From an uncultured virus (IMG/VR IMGVR_UViG_3300031813_000014) (lineage: Duplodnaviria; Heunggongvirae; Uroviricota; Caudoviricetes), in IMG/VR virus record IMGVR_UViG_3300031813_000014: a DNA stretch of 64,000 nucleotides; one strand, written 5' to 3'. Both the position numbers and the translations under genes were made by a program. Position 1 is the first letter of the stretch, and each line of letters opens with the position of its first letter. Positions 1 through 11,100 of the stretch are shown here, one piece after another. The notes below the pieces were generated by a model. The model had not been told where the DNA came from. It saw nothing but the letters and a program-made list of their open reading frames with translations, and ran no database searches.

Positions 1-1
1 G

Positions 2-172
2 TCGCCGGAGGGCGGGCTCCTCACAGCAGCTTGGTTCTGGGTTAAGCACAACCTAAACTATCACGTTGATAATAATGACTTTGAGGGGCTGACAAAAGCC
101 ATTAATGGTGGCACAATTGGGTTAGAGGATCGCGTTGCTCGGTTTAACCACGCCATGTCCGTTTTAGCATGA
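2..172 (+). CDS. Glycoside hydrolase family 19 (chitinase-like) endolysin, C-terminal fragment truncated by window start
   Basis: Not in ORF track. Frame 2 reads SPEGGLLTAAWFWVKHNLNYHVDNNDFEGLTKAINGGTIGLEDRVARFNHAMSVLA*, the typical GH19 phage lysin C-terminus (AAWFW...TK.INGG..GL.DR). Confidence 0.85.
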   Translation, partial: SPEGGLLTAAWFWVKHNLNYHVDNNDFEGLTKAINGGTIGLEDRVARFNHAMSVLA

Positions 173-180
173 GGTAGATT

Positions 181-2505
181 GTGCCTTTAACCAAACTACA
201 GTTTAAACCAGGCGTAAACCGAGAAGCCACCTCCCTCGCTAATGAGGGGGGTTGGTTTGACTGCAACAATATTAGGTTTCGTTCTGGCTACCCTGAAAAA
301 GTAGGCGGTTGGGTAACTGATACTGGGGCTGAATCTACGACTCAAACGTCACCAGCGCCAGCAGCAGATTCTGGCTTGCCGACTGCCACCCCACCCACAA
401 ACGTTGCTGTTTTTTCTGGGAGTATTCTTGGAAAAGTCTTGACTGTTTATTCTGTAAGCAGTGGAACAATTAACGTCAATCAAACGCTTACGGGGACTGG
501 AATTCAGTCTGGCACAACAATTGTAGGGGGTAGCGCTACTTCTTGGATTGTTAGCATATCTCAGACTGTTACAACCACTACTATGACTGCGGGCAGTATT
601 CAATCTCCGTCGTTTTGGGGCGTATGTCGTAACCTTATCGCTTGGGTTAATCTCTCTGGGTTAAACCTGCTTGGGCTTGGAACACATCTAAAGTATTACA
701 TTCAGAACGGTGTTGGTGGTACATTTTACGATATAACTCCTATTAGAAACGTAGGGGTTCCAGGGTCTCCCATTTTTTCAGTGTTATCTAAGACTGGTAG
801 TGCCGGAGTAGGTACAACCATATTGACTGTTACCGACTCAAGTAATGGTGCGCAAGCTACTGATTTTGTAACTTTTAGTGGCTTTACAGCTACTTCAGAT
901 ACTTACATTACGGCGGCAATTCTTGCTGCTGAGTTTCAAATTCTAACCATTCAATCGGCAAATGCGTACACAATACAAGTTAATGTTTGCGCGTCTACGG
1001 CAGTAAGTTCCAATATTACTGTGACCGGTACGGCGGCATCTTATTATCAAATTACCACGGGTAGTTCAATATACACACAAGCGCTAGGCTGGGGCGCTGG
1101 TGGTTGGAGCGGTGTAACTGCTGGAGCTTCGTCTACAGGCTGGGGCCAAGCTGCTCCTGCTGGTCAAGGCGTTGGTGTTCAACTGCGTCTTTGGAACTCG
1201 GCGAACTACGGTCAAGATTTAATTATTAATCCCGCCGGTAGCGCAATGTACTATTGGGCAAACAGTGGCTCATCAACCGTATATAACCGTGCCGTTTTGC
1301 TTGGCGCAGGGCAAACAATTACTACTACTTCTGGCAGTTTTACTGTGGACAATAGTTGCCCTTCAGAAGTTAATTATTTGATGGTTTCGCCGACTTCGTA
1401 TTTTGTAATCGCTTTTGGTTGTAATGACCCATCTGGAGCGGTTACATCCAGTCAAATAGACCCTTTGCTTGTTAGGTGGACCGACCAGCAAGCAGTTCAA
1501 ACTTGGTTGCCAACTGCTACTAACCAAGCGGGTAGCTACCGATTATCTGAGGGTTCGTCTATTATTGTCGCTGCTAATGTGCAGCAGGGTATTATGGTTT
1601 GGACTGATACATCTGCATACATCATGCAGTACGTTGGGCCACCCTACGTTTGGGGTTTCCAGATTTTAGCCAGTAATATTTCAATTATTGGACCTAACGC
1701 TACGACCAACGTTAACAATACAACCTATTGGATGGGGTTCAATAAGTTCTACGCCTACAACGGTGTAGTACAAACTCTACCATGTGCGGTACGTCAGTAT
1801 GTGTTTGATAACATCAATTTAACTCAAGCAGCGCAGGTTTACTCTGGTAGCAATGAAGCTTTTAATGAAGTGTGGTGGTTCTACCCCTCAATTACTGGGC
1901 GTAATTCAGACGGCTCATTGGGCACTGGCACTGCGGCATCTCCCAATACTTTGACTGATTCCTATGTAGTTTATAACTATTTAGATCAGACTTGGTACTA
2001 TGGAGCATTGCAACGCACTTCTTGGTTGTATTCACCATTACGTTCAACACCTGTAGCGACTGATTACTACGGGCATTTGATTTACCATGAAAATGGTGTA
2101 AATGATGGAACAACAAACCCACCAACTTCAATTAGTTCTTATGTTCAAAGCTCTGACTTTGACATTGGAGATGGTAATAATTTTGGTTTTATTTATAGGG
2201 TTATCCCTGATATAAACTTTACTGGGTCCACTGGTAACAACCCAGTTGTCAATATGACGCTTTTACCCAGACAAAACTCTGGTGCGCCATATGGTGCTTC
2301 CGACAACGAACCGATTACAAGTACGCAGGATTACACAAACCAAAGAGAGTATATTGTTCAAACATTTACTCAACAAATTTACGTGCGGGCTAGAGGTCGG
2401 CAAATGGCCTTGGTAATTTCATCGCCTTCAGGCACAAGTGGCTTGAATGTTCAATGGCAAGCTGGCGTACAACGCCTTGATATTAGACCTGATGGAAGAA
2501 GATAA
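181..2505 (+). CDS. Virion tail hub / DNA stabilization protein (P22 gp10-like), with S/T/G-rich inserts
   Basis: 774 aa, GTG start. MPLTKLQFKPGVNRE N-terminus, beta-propeller-like W/D-rich repeats, C-terminal RGRQ...RLDIRPDGRR. Lies just upstream of the ejection genes. Confidence 0.6.
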   Translation: MPLTKLQFKPGVNREATSLANEGGWFDCNNIRFRSGYPEKVGGWVTDTGAESTTQTSPAPAADSGLPTATPPTNVAVFSGSILGKVLTVYSVSSGTINVNQTLTGTGIQSGTTIVGGSATSWIVSISQTVTTTTMTAGSIQSPSFWGVCRNLIAWVNLSGLNLLGLGTHLKYYIQNGVGGTFYDITPIRNVGVPGSPIFSVLSKTGSAGVGTTILTVTDSSNGAQATDFVTFSGFTATSDTYITAAILAAEFQILTIQSANAYTIQVNVCASTAVSSNITVTGTAASYYQITTGSSIYTQALGWGAGGWSGVTAGASSTGWGQAAPAGQGVGVQLRLWNSANYGQDLIINPAGSAMYYWANSGSSTVYNRAVLLGAGQTITTTSGSFTVDNSCPSEVNYLMVSPTSYFVIAFGCNDPSGAVTSSQIDPLLVRWTDQQAVQTWLPTATNQAGSYRLSEGSSIIVAANVQQGIMVWTDTSAYIMQYVGPPYVWGFQILASNISIIGPNATTNVNNTTYWMGFNKFYAYNGVVQTLPCAVRQYVFDNINLTQAAQVYSGSNEAFNEVWWFYPSITGRNSDGSLGTGTAASPNTLTDSYVVYNYLDQTWYYGALQRTSWLYSPLRSTPVATDYYGHLIYHENGVNDGTTNPPTSISSYVQSSDFDIGDGNNFGFIYRVIPDINFTGSTGNNPVVNMTLLPRQNSGAPYGASDNEPITSTQDYTNQREYIVQTFTQQIYVRARGRQMALVISSPSGTSGLNVQWQAGVQRLDIRPDGRR

Positions 2506-2702
2506 TGGCTGTTAAAGCACCTAATACTGTCGTTGTTCCTGCGGTACCACAACTTAATGTTCCGCCAATTAGTTACGACCAGCAATACGCAATGCAATTA
2601 AATAATGTATTACGTTTGTATTTTCAAGGTATGACTAATGCGGTACAAGTTAATGTGAACGCAAGCGGGTCTAATACTGTTTTGTCTTGGATGAACCTAT
2701 GA
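2505..2702 (+). CDS. Small virion-associated hypothetical protein
   Basis: 65 aa, translationally coupled to both neighbours (TAATG and ATGA overlaps). Confidence 0.6.
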   Translation: MAVKAPNTVVVPAVPQLNVPPISYDQQYAMQLNNVLRLYFQGMTNAVQVNVNASGSNTVLSWMNL

Positions 2703-3034
2703 GCTATCAAAATGTAATCCCCGCTCAGTTGGCTCTGACGCCTTTAACAACGACAATTGCAACGTTGTATACGGTGCCGACTAACACACGAACGTTTGTT
2801 AAAGACATTAATATTTGTAACACAACTGGATCCGCAGTCAGTGTCAGTGTGTATTTTGTACCATCGGGTAGCAGCTATGGAACAGCTAACGCGTTCCTTT
2901 TGTCTTACAGCATTGCTGCTAACACCACATATCACTGGACAGGATCGCAAATTCTTTTATCATCACAAACAATCCAAGGGCTCGCAAGTGCTACTGGATG
3001 CACAATTATCATTGGCGGTGGAGAAGCATCCTAA
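2699..3034 (+). CDS. Hypothetical virion protein (beta-rich)
   Basis: ATG at 2699 overlaps the upstream TGA. TLYTVP...INICN motif recurs in small phage structural proteins. Confidence 0.6.
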   Translation: MSYQNVIPAQLALTPLTTTIATLYTVPTNTRTFVKDINICNTTGSAVSVSVYFVPSGSSYGTANAFLLSYSIAANTTYHWTGSQILLSSQTIQGLASATGCTIIIGGGEAS

Positions 3035-3062
3035 TGAATAATATATCTCTTAAGGAAATATC

Positions 3063-4892
3063 ATGAGCTTTTGGACAAACCCAGGAAAAAGTATTAGCGA
3101 TGCTGTTAATGGCGTTGTGCAGGACATTTCAAGGATTCCACAAGATGTTCAAACCTTGGTAACTAACCCTGCTAAGTTTATTGACCAAACGCTTTCCAAT
3201 CCTGGAGCTTCTGCTCTTGCTGGCGCAGCTTTAACCGCTGTTGCTCCCGGTTTAGGAGCGCTTACAGATGCTGCAATTGTTGGTGGCACCGAAGCTCTTG
3301 CGACTGGTAATCTTCAAAAAGGTCTAATGACTGGTATTGGAGCTTACGGTGGATCAAATATTGCAACCGACGCTTTAACTGCAGCTGCTAATAATGGCAA
3401 CGCTAGTTTGTTAGCTAACGGTGATACTGCTGGCGGATTAAGCGACGCTTCACTTGCTTCTACAGGCAACAATCTTTCCGCTATGGGTTCAACATTGTTG
3501 AACAATCCCGGTTCTATATTAGCTGCTGCAAGTCCTGGTGGACTTGGTAAAGATGCTTTGGCGTTGGCTGGTAGCGTAATTCAATCTGGTTCAGGGCCTA
3601 ATGGTAATGCGGTTATTGGGTCCACAACCAATACTGGGACTGGGTCTACAACTAACAGTGGTACATCTAATACCACTTCGACTGGAGGCGGTAAAATAAC
3701 AGACCCCACAGGATATACAGCTACGCCGGGGGGAAATCCAACCGGATATTACTATAACCGTAACCCAGTATCGGCACAAAATTTAAATTTAATTGGTGCT
3801 AACTATACGCCCGGGGAAAATGTCGATACAAGTGAACGCACTTATTTCAGCCCTACGTACTCAACCACACAAGGTAACCCATACACAAATTATTCAAACT
3901 CGGATATGGCGTCGTATGCTAAAGATACGGGTTTAAATTTAAATGACCAAAATGCTGTAGCAAAGGCAGTAGCTACAAGTAATAGCAACCCCGCAGCTGT
4001 CGCAGATTTTATTGCTTCCCAAAATTTTGCTGCTCAGAATAGTAATTCTGGCCCAACGCTTAATTATGGTGACGTATCTAAATCTGCTATGGGTGGGTTG
4101 CAAGCAACTCCACAAGCCCAGATGGTTAACATGCCAAACCCAAATGCCCCTATGGTTCATAATTTAAGTGATGCATACCACAGGCCGTTTGCGCAAGCAC
4201 CAGTTCCGCAGCCCGTAATGATGGCTAGCGGCGGTTTACCCAAAGGCAAAGCAACTGCCGAGTCGTTACGTCCAACAGTAGCCACCATGCATGGTGTTGA
4301 GCATTTAATGAAGTTTGATGATGGTGGTTCAACTGATCCAATGGATTATGGTTCTGATCCTGTTACTAACCTACCCAGTGCGGGTGTTTACTCGGTAGAT
4401 CCAAGAACGCATACGCCCTATTCGCAGGACATAGGACGTGAAAATATGTCAGGCAATGCACTGCTCCAGCTTCTTGCTCAAGAGAAAGCAGCGCAAACTG
4501 CGGCGAGCCAATCCATTGCAAATGACCCTAACGCAGCCCCAAGTGTAACTGCGGCTAGAGGTGGTGCTATGGGTATCTCCGCATACGCAGATGGTGGAGG
4601 CATTTATAATCTTGGGGGTTATTCAGATGGTGGACGTTTACTACGTGGCCCGGGAGATGGGGTATCCGATTCGATACCTGCTACTATTGGTCATAAGCAA
4701 CCTGCTCGTTTGGCTGATGGTGAGTTTGTTGTCCCTGCTCGTATCGTATCTGAACTAGGTAATGGCTCTACGGAAGCCGGGGCTCGTAAACTTTACTCCA
4801 TGCTTGATCGTATTCAAGCAGCCCGCAATAAATCTGTGGGTAAGGGTAAAGTGGCTAAAGACACTAAAGCAGATAAATATTTACCTGCGTAA
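3063..4892 (+). CDS. Putative DNA ejection (pilot/internal virion) protein 1
   Basis: 609 aa, AAGGA RBS. G/A-rich hydrophobic N-terminal segment, low-complexity middle, C-terminal GPGDGVSDSIPA...LADGEFVVPA domain. Confidence 0.6.
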   Translation: MSFWTNPGKSISDAVNGVVQDISRIPQDVQTLVTNPAKFIDQTLSNPGASALAGAALTAVAPGLGALTDAAIVGGTEALATGNLQKGLMTGIGAYGGSNIATDALTAAANNGNASLLANGDTAGGLSDASLASTGNNLSAMGSTLLNNPGSILAAASPGGLGKDALALAGSVIQSGSGPNGNAVIGSTTNTGTGSTTNSGTSNTTSTGGGKITDPTGYTATPGGNPTGYYYNRNPVSAQNLNLIGANYTPGENVDTSERTYFSPTYSTTQGNPYTNYSNSDMASYAKDTGLNLNDQNAVAKAVATSNSNPAAVADFIASQNFAAQNSNSGPTLNYGDVSKSAMGGLQATPQAQMVNMPNPNAPMVHNLSDAYHRPFAQAPVPQPVMMASGGLPKGKATAESLRPTVATMHGVEHLMKFDDGGSTDPMDYGSDPVTNLPSAGVYSVDPRTHTPYSQDIGRENMSGNALLQLLAQEKAAQTAASQSIANDPNAAPSVTAARGGAMGISAYADGGGIYNLGGYSDGGRLLRGPGDGVSDSIPATIGHKQPARLADGEFVVPARIVSELGNGSTEAGARKLYSMLDRIQAARNKSVGKGKVAKDTKADKYLPA

Positions 4893-4905
4893 TTGGAGAA
4901 TATAA

Positions 4906-7900
4906 ATGACAACAACATTGACCACAGGCTCACCATCTACGACCTCAAGTACCACAGGTACGCCGTCGTATTTAACCCCGCTGTTAACGCAAAATCTTGC
5001 GAACATGTGGGGGCTTTCTCAAACGCCCTATCAACCATATCAAGGTCAGCAAAACGCTAACTTTACTGGGTTACAAAATCAGTCATTTCAAGAAGCAGCT
5101 AATCTAGGATCCGCTTCCCAGACAGCAATGGCTAGCCAAGATGCAAGCCAAGCAACTAACAATTTGTTGGGTACTAATTACAACGGCATGCAGGCCGGGT
5201 ATCAAAACGTTAATGCGCCCCAACTAAACAACTACCAGATGCAAGGGCCTGGTATGGTGGGCACGCAAGGGTTTAACAACGAAGCTGCTGCTCAGTTAAT
5301 GAATCCCTATGTCCAACAGTCATTAGATCCACAAATCCAACTGTTGCAACAGCAGCAAGGAATACAAGGGTCTCAATTAGCAGGTCAAGCTACTCAAGCT
5401 GGTGCTTTCGGCGGGTCTCGTTTTGGTATTCAGCAAGGTTTACAGAACCAATCTAACCAATTGGCAATGAGTAATTTAATTGGTCAAGGGTATAACACTG
5501 CGTTTAACAATGCTCAAAACCAATTCAATACACAGCAGGCTTTGGGTCTTCAAGCTCAACAATCTAACCAAGGTGCTAATCTTGCGACTGGTGAACAAAA
5601 CTTAGCCGCAGCTTTAGGTGTGCAGAGTTTAGGCGCACAACAAAACTTAGCTGCCCAACAAGCTAATCAACAAGCGGGTTTGACTGCGCAACAAGCTAAT
5701 ATTAACCAACAACAGTTTGGCGCAAACCTTGGGCAATCTGCTAACCAAGCTGCGATTAGCGGGGCAAATACTTTGGGTCAGTTAGGCCAAAATGCCTATG
5801 CTCAAAATATAGGAACAATTGGATTACAAAACCAAATGGGCGCACAACAACAAGCATACCAACAAGGTTTGCTTAACACGCAGTATCAGAACTATGTTAA
5901 CCAACTGAATTACCCTTACCAACAAGCATCGTATTTTCAAAATGCGATCAATGGGTATCCAACAACAAGTTCTACTTCTACTACACAACCAAGTAGCCCT
6001 TCGTATTTGCAAGACTTAGAAGCTGTTGGATTAGGTGGTTATGGGTTAAATAGTATTACTAATGGCGGTGTTACTAGTTTTCTTAGTTCCATTGGTAACT
6101 CTTTGGGTCTTTCAAATCTTGCAGAAGGTGGCGCTGTTGGATCATATAAAAAAGGTGGCGCTGTTAAAGGTTACGCTGGTTCTAATGGTTCTCTCACTAG
6201 CATTAGTAGTGCGTTAAGCCCTTTACCAACAAATAACCAATCAACGCTACAAAAAGCAATTACTGACGCTTCCGCTCGTGGCGATACAGAAACTGCCGCA
6301 GCATTACAAACTGAGTTAGATACCCAAGGTTACATTGGTCAGCAAACTGCAAAGCTAGGGCAGGTTGCAACACCAAATGCGCCACAAGCTGGCAGCTACG
6401 GCGTTAATCCTAATGCAAATCCAATTACACCAGGTACAGGCGCTGGGCGTTCTGGCGCTCCTAGTCCTTCATCAGCTTCAGGAAACTCTAATGCTTTGCC
6501 CAGTTTAGAAGATATTCTTAAACTGAAGCAAATGGCTAATGAGTCAAAGATCGCTGCTTCATTGCCAGACACACAAAGTATTGCGGCAGATGCTAGCAAC
6601 GTGCCTAGCTTAAACACAAGCCCACCCGCAGGATTAAAAATGCCTGGCGTGTCGGATAGCGCTCGTGGTGGATTGCAGTACGTACCGCTTAGCGATAGCG
6701 TATTGCCAACTGTATCTAAAAAACGTGGTGGTATTACTGACGTAGCTGGTTATGCTGGCGACGAAACAAGTTTGACTGAGTTGGATACTCCAGTTGAGAT
6801 GTTTAAAAGCCCAGAAGCTAAAGAAGCTGCATTGGCAAAAAGCATTTCTGATGCTGCTTCAGCAAGTGCTGCGCCCCAAGCTAGCTTTATAGTTCCTCCC
6901 CCACAACCAGCAATGCAAGCACCTGCACCTGCTTCGATGGGGCCTGGACCTGGACCAAGCAACGCACCCATGCCAGCACCCGCGCCTTCTCCCGCACCTA
7001 ATGCGCCAGCGCCAATGCTGGCTAGCACTAAGCCACAAGCGGTACAACAAGGTATTCAAGGTTTGTCCCAAGCCGTTGCTGCGCCCACTAGTTATGCGTC
7101 CATGATGACTCCTGAACAGCAAGCTGCTATGCGCCAACAGCTAGCAGCAGAACGTGCACAGTCTGCCGGACCAGCGCCTTATACTGATGCGCAAAAAGCA
7201 CTTGCCGCTAAGATAGCTGCGCATCCCGCAGAAGATCAACGCATGCAAGGATTTGCTGCGCTTATGGCTATACCTGGTATTTTGTCTGGCAATCAAGCCG
7301 GTCGTGGTACAGCTCAAGGGCTTAGTGACTACGCTAAGAACATGATGGCTCTGAAAGCTGACCAAGAAAAACGTGACCAAGCTGAAGTCGCAATGAACTT
7401 GCATTTGTCTGAGGCTGAGCGTGCCGACAAACTTGGCAACTGGACTTACGGTATGCAAGGTACCAAGGACTATGTTAAAGAAGGCCATGACGTTGATACG
7501 CTCAATGAAAAAATTCTCAAGGATAAAGCTGAGATGGCTAAGTGGGAGGCAGTTGTTGGCAAACCTGATAAGACCGGTGGTGCTGGGCATATGACTGCCG
7601 CTGAGTTAACATCGCAAAACCAAAAAGATATTCAGTACGCACTAGACCATCCCGAAGACAAAGCTGCGCAGACCAAAGCAAACTCCATCATGCAGCTTAC
7701 TCAGGCTAAACAGTTTGTTCCCGCTGAAACCAACAGAGATATTAATTTTGATAAGATAACGCAGAAAAATGCTGAAGAAGCGGAAAAAGCTTGGGCAGGA
7801 TATGAAAGCGCGTTGTTTGGCGCTAAGAAAGCAACTTATGAACGTTATTTGAAACAAGCAGGTAATGATCCATTAAAAGCCAAACAATTGTTCATTGCGG

Positions 7901-8112
7901 ACTTCGCTAAAGACCAAGCGCAGCCTGTAGCTACCCGTCCAACAAATACTCCCGTAACTCCTTCTGCAAAACCAGCTGCAGCTCAGCCGGTTACGGATAG
8001 GCACGTACCTGCTTCTCTGCCACCCTTAACAGTTATGTATCAAGGCAAACAATTTACATTCCCGGATAAAGCAAGCTATGATGCGTATATGGCTAAATTA
8101 AACGGGCGTTAA
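4906..8112 (+). CDS. Putative DNA ejection protein 2
   Basis: 1068 aa, GGAG RBS. Q/N/A-rich coiled-coil N-half (MNPYVQQ...AGAFGGSR), P/A-rich linker, helical C-terminus. Confidence 0.6.
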   Translation: MTTTLTTGSPSTTSSTTGTPSYLTPLLTQNLANMWGLSQTPYQPYQGQQNANFTGLQNQSFQEAANLGSASQTAMASQDASQATNNLLGTNYNGMQAGYQNVNAPQLNNYQMQGPGMVGTQGFNNEAAAQLMNPYVQQSLDPQIQLLQQQQGIQGSQLAGQATQAGAFGGSRFGIQQGLQNQSNQLAMSNLIGQGYNTAFNNAQNQFNTQQALGLQAQQSNQGANLATGEQNLAAALGVQSLGAQQNLAAQQANQQAGLTAQQANINQQQFGANLGQSANQAAISGANTLGQLGQNAYAQNIGTIGLQNQMGAQQQAYQQGLLNTQYQNYVNQLNYPYQQASYFQNAINGYPTTSSTSTTQPSSPSYLQDLEAVGLGGYGLNSITNGGVTSFLSSIGNSLGLSNLAEGGAVGSYKKGGAVKGYAGSNGSLTSISSALSPLPTNNQSTLQKAITDASARGDTETAAALQTELDTQGYIGQQTAKLGQVATPNAPQAGSYGVNPNANPITPGTGAGRSGAPSPSSASGNSNALPSLEDILKLKQMANESKIAASLPDTQSIAADASNVPSLNTSPPAGLKMPGVSDSARGGLQYVPLSDSVLPTVSKKRGGITDVAGYAGDETSLTELDTPVEMFKSPEAKEAALAKSISDAASASAAPQASFIVPPPQPAMQAPAPASMGPGPGPSNAPMPAPAPSPAPNAPAPMLASTKPQAVQQGIQGLSQAVAAPTSYASMMTPEQQAAMRQQLAAERAQSAGPAPYTDAQKALAAKIAAHPAEDQRMQGFAALMAIPGILSGNQAGRGTAQGLSDYAKNMMALKADQEKRDQAEVAMNLHLSEAERADKLGNWTYGMQGTKDYVKEGHDVDTLNEKILKDKAEMAKWEAVVGKPDKTGGAGHMTAAELTSQNQKDIQYALDHPEDKAAQTKANSIMQLTQAKQFVPAETNRDINFDKITQKNAEEAEKAWAGYESALFGAKKATYERYLKQAGNDPLKAKQLFIADFAKDQAQPVATRPTNTPVTPSAKPAAAQPVTDRHVPASLPPLTVMYQGKQFTFPDKASYDAYMAKLNGR

Positions 8113-8114
8113 TA

Positions 8115-11100
8115 ATGGCTGAACTTGATCCAACACAATTTGGTGCGGTAGCTGCGCCTACTGAACTTGATCCAACACAATTCGGTGCAGTTGAAGCACA
8201 ACCTGTAGCCCAGCCCGCAGTTGAACTTGACCCTACACAGTTTGGTGCAAAGCCAGCCGAAGGGCCTGGGTTTGTTACGCAATTGATCCAACACAGTGCA
8301 CTTGATCCACTCAAAGAGTTTGGTGCGCCTATAGTTGGGGGTATTGTTTCGTTACCACGTTCGCTTGAAGAAGCGGTAAGGGGTGGCATTCGTGGTGCAG
8401 CTAGAGGGGATGTTAGTAGTGTCATGGCTCCCGGTGCGTATATACCGGGGGTAGATACTGACGAAACAGTATATGGGCCAGAGACTGAGGAACAAAAAGC
8501 GCATAGGCAACTTGTAGCTGAACGCACTCTTAAGGCTATACCTCAAGTTCCCGGGCTTAAACCTTTGGCTGACATTGGGCATAAAGCCCAGACGTCAATA
8601 CTTAACAGTATTTCACCAGGCGCTAAGAAGGCATTACAAGATTCCCAGATCACCGGTAATATCTTTAAAGGTGAGATTGACTTTGGTAAAAACCCAAGCC
8701 TAGAAGGTTACGCACTGCAAACCGTTAACATCTTTGGTTCTATGGCGCCTGTGATTGTCGGTACGATGGTAACCAAGAATCCTGAAACAGGTGCGTTAAT
8801 TGGCGGCGGCATGGCTGCGGATGAGGCTATTGGCAACGCAGTGCAAGCAATTAACAGCTTAGATGACAAACAGCTAGCGCAACAAAGCCCGTTCTTTGCC
8901 CAGATGATGAAGGGTGGTGCAACTGCCAAAGAAGCTAGAGATCTAACTTTGCGAAAAGCTGCTGAGACTGGAGCAGCGCTTCAAGGCGTAGTGGGTATGT
9001 TTGGCGATGACGTGCTTGGTCGTTTTGTTTCTGGGGCTTTTGATAAAGCGCTAACAAAGTTTGCCGGTAAATCTATATTAGCGCACACTGCTGTCGGCAC
9101 TGGGCTTGCTGCTGCTGAACAGGGTCTTTCTGAAACCGCAGAAGGCGTAGCTTCTGATGTCGCCAATAAATCTGTTTTACCAAGTACAGAACTTGGTCAA
9201 GGTTCCGCTGCAAACTTCGTTGGAGGTATGTTAGGGGGGTTGCCTGCTGGTGCAGGTAGAGGGTTTGTAACTGGACTAAATGCTAAACTACAGCCCGACC
9301 CTAATGCACCCGCTGGTACACCTAAAATTATATCGCCCATAGACTTTGGTGCGGTAGAGGACCCAGCTACTGTCACAGACAGGGAAGCCGCAGTTAAACA
9401 AGAAACCCAAAGACTGATGTCTCAAAGAGGTTTCAGTGAAGAAGTTTCACGTGGTATGGCTGAAAAGTCCATTCCGTTAGCGGCGTTTGCCGAAGAAACT
9501 AACGAACCAGAGGAAGAAGAAAATGTTGCAGGACCTAACGCAGAACCAGCTGGAACAAGCGTTTCAGTACCTACAGGAACCGATACCACTGCCACCACCG
9601 GAGGGGCTGGAGAACCTGAACGAAATGGAGTGGTTTCTAATCAGCAGAATGTTGCAGCTCCTGTTGCAGGAGAAAGAGTCGAGCAACCTGCAATAAACCC
9701 ATTGCCCAAAGAAGAGTTTGAAGAAAAGTACAGGGACTTAACTGAGCGTATCAATGCGTACAACAAGATTGATCCTGAAGATAGAACTCCAAGGCAAAAC
9801 GCAAATTTAGAAGAAGCTCAAGGGCTACTTCAGAACTTAGTAGATGCTCAAGGATACTTTACGCCGCCTCCACAGGCTGCGAGTGTTGTTCCGACGGTTA
9901 ATGCAAACGAACCAATTCAAACTCCAGAAGGCCCAGTTGAGCACGCTAACCTATACGCGGCTAATGAATTTTCAAATGAAGTTACTCCAGAAGAACATGC
10001 TGGCGTAAACCAAGCTGCGGCTATAGTAGATAACCCACAAGCTGCGTATGACCAAGCGGTAAAAGATGCGGCTGCTGCCAAAGAAAACTTTAATCGACTA
10101 GATCAACTGTTTAAGTTCCCTGATATAACTGCTGAAGAACAAGTTACACAGGAGCAAAGGGACGAAGCCAAACAACAGTTGGACGATGCTTTACTAAAAG
10201 CTGACCAAGCACAAGCTGCGTTGGAGGAAGCACAAGCTGCTGCTAAAGAAGCTGCAAGACAAAGAGCACCTGGCGCTGGTCGTAAACCTGCGGAGCTTAC
10301 ACCTGAACAACAAGCGGCTAAAGCAAAAATAGCTGCGGATGAACAGGCTGCTAAAGCTGAGGTTGAAAAAGCTAGACGTGGTGTCAAAAAAGCAGAAGCG
10401 TTCTTGTCTGAAGGTCTTGCACCACTAACTGAAGAGCAAATGAAAGACCCCAAAGGGCAGGCTTTTCATGAGAACGACAAGACCGCAATGATTGATGAAG
10501 CCACTCGCATGTTGGCTGACATTGTTGATAATAGAAATCTTAGAAACAGACCAATCGGTAAAAGAGCAAAAGAGATTTTGCAGAACAATAACATAACTGC
10601 TGAAGACATCAAGCGAGCAAGAGCTAAAAAAGCAGCGTCTGAAAAAGCGATTGAAGATTTGTACAGGCAGAAACGAGATTTGCTTGGGTCTAGTTCTTAC
10701 GATCAAGTATTTGGTCCATCCTCAATGTCGGCAAGTAATGTTGGGCAAAGCGTACCTGCGTTTAGCGGAAACAAAACTGCGACTCAAGCAATCAGCACCA
10801 TTATGAAATTTGGTGATGAGATTCAACGTTATTTTGCTAATCACTTGCGTGGGTTTGTTAAGGACGTTAAATTTGTTGTGCTTGAAGTTGGTGATGAATT
10901 ACCACCCCAATTAAAAAAATACCAAGCATGGTGGGACTTATCTCGTGGCTTGTATATCCCTGAGAATGGAAACAAAACCATTTATGTTCGTGGTGAAAGT
11001 TTTGGGCCGCATAGAGGTAACGATATTACAACCGTGCTGCACGAGCTTATCCATGCTGCTTCGGTTGAGCGTATATATGTAGGGCAGAATTCACCTAACA

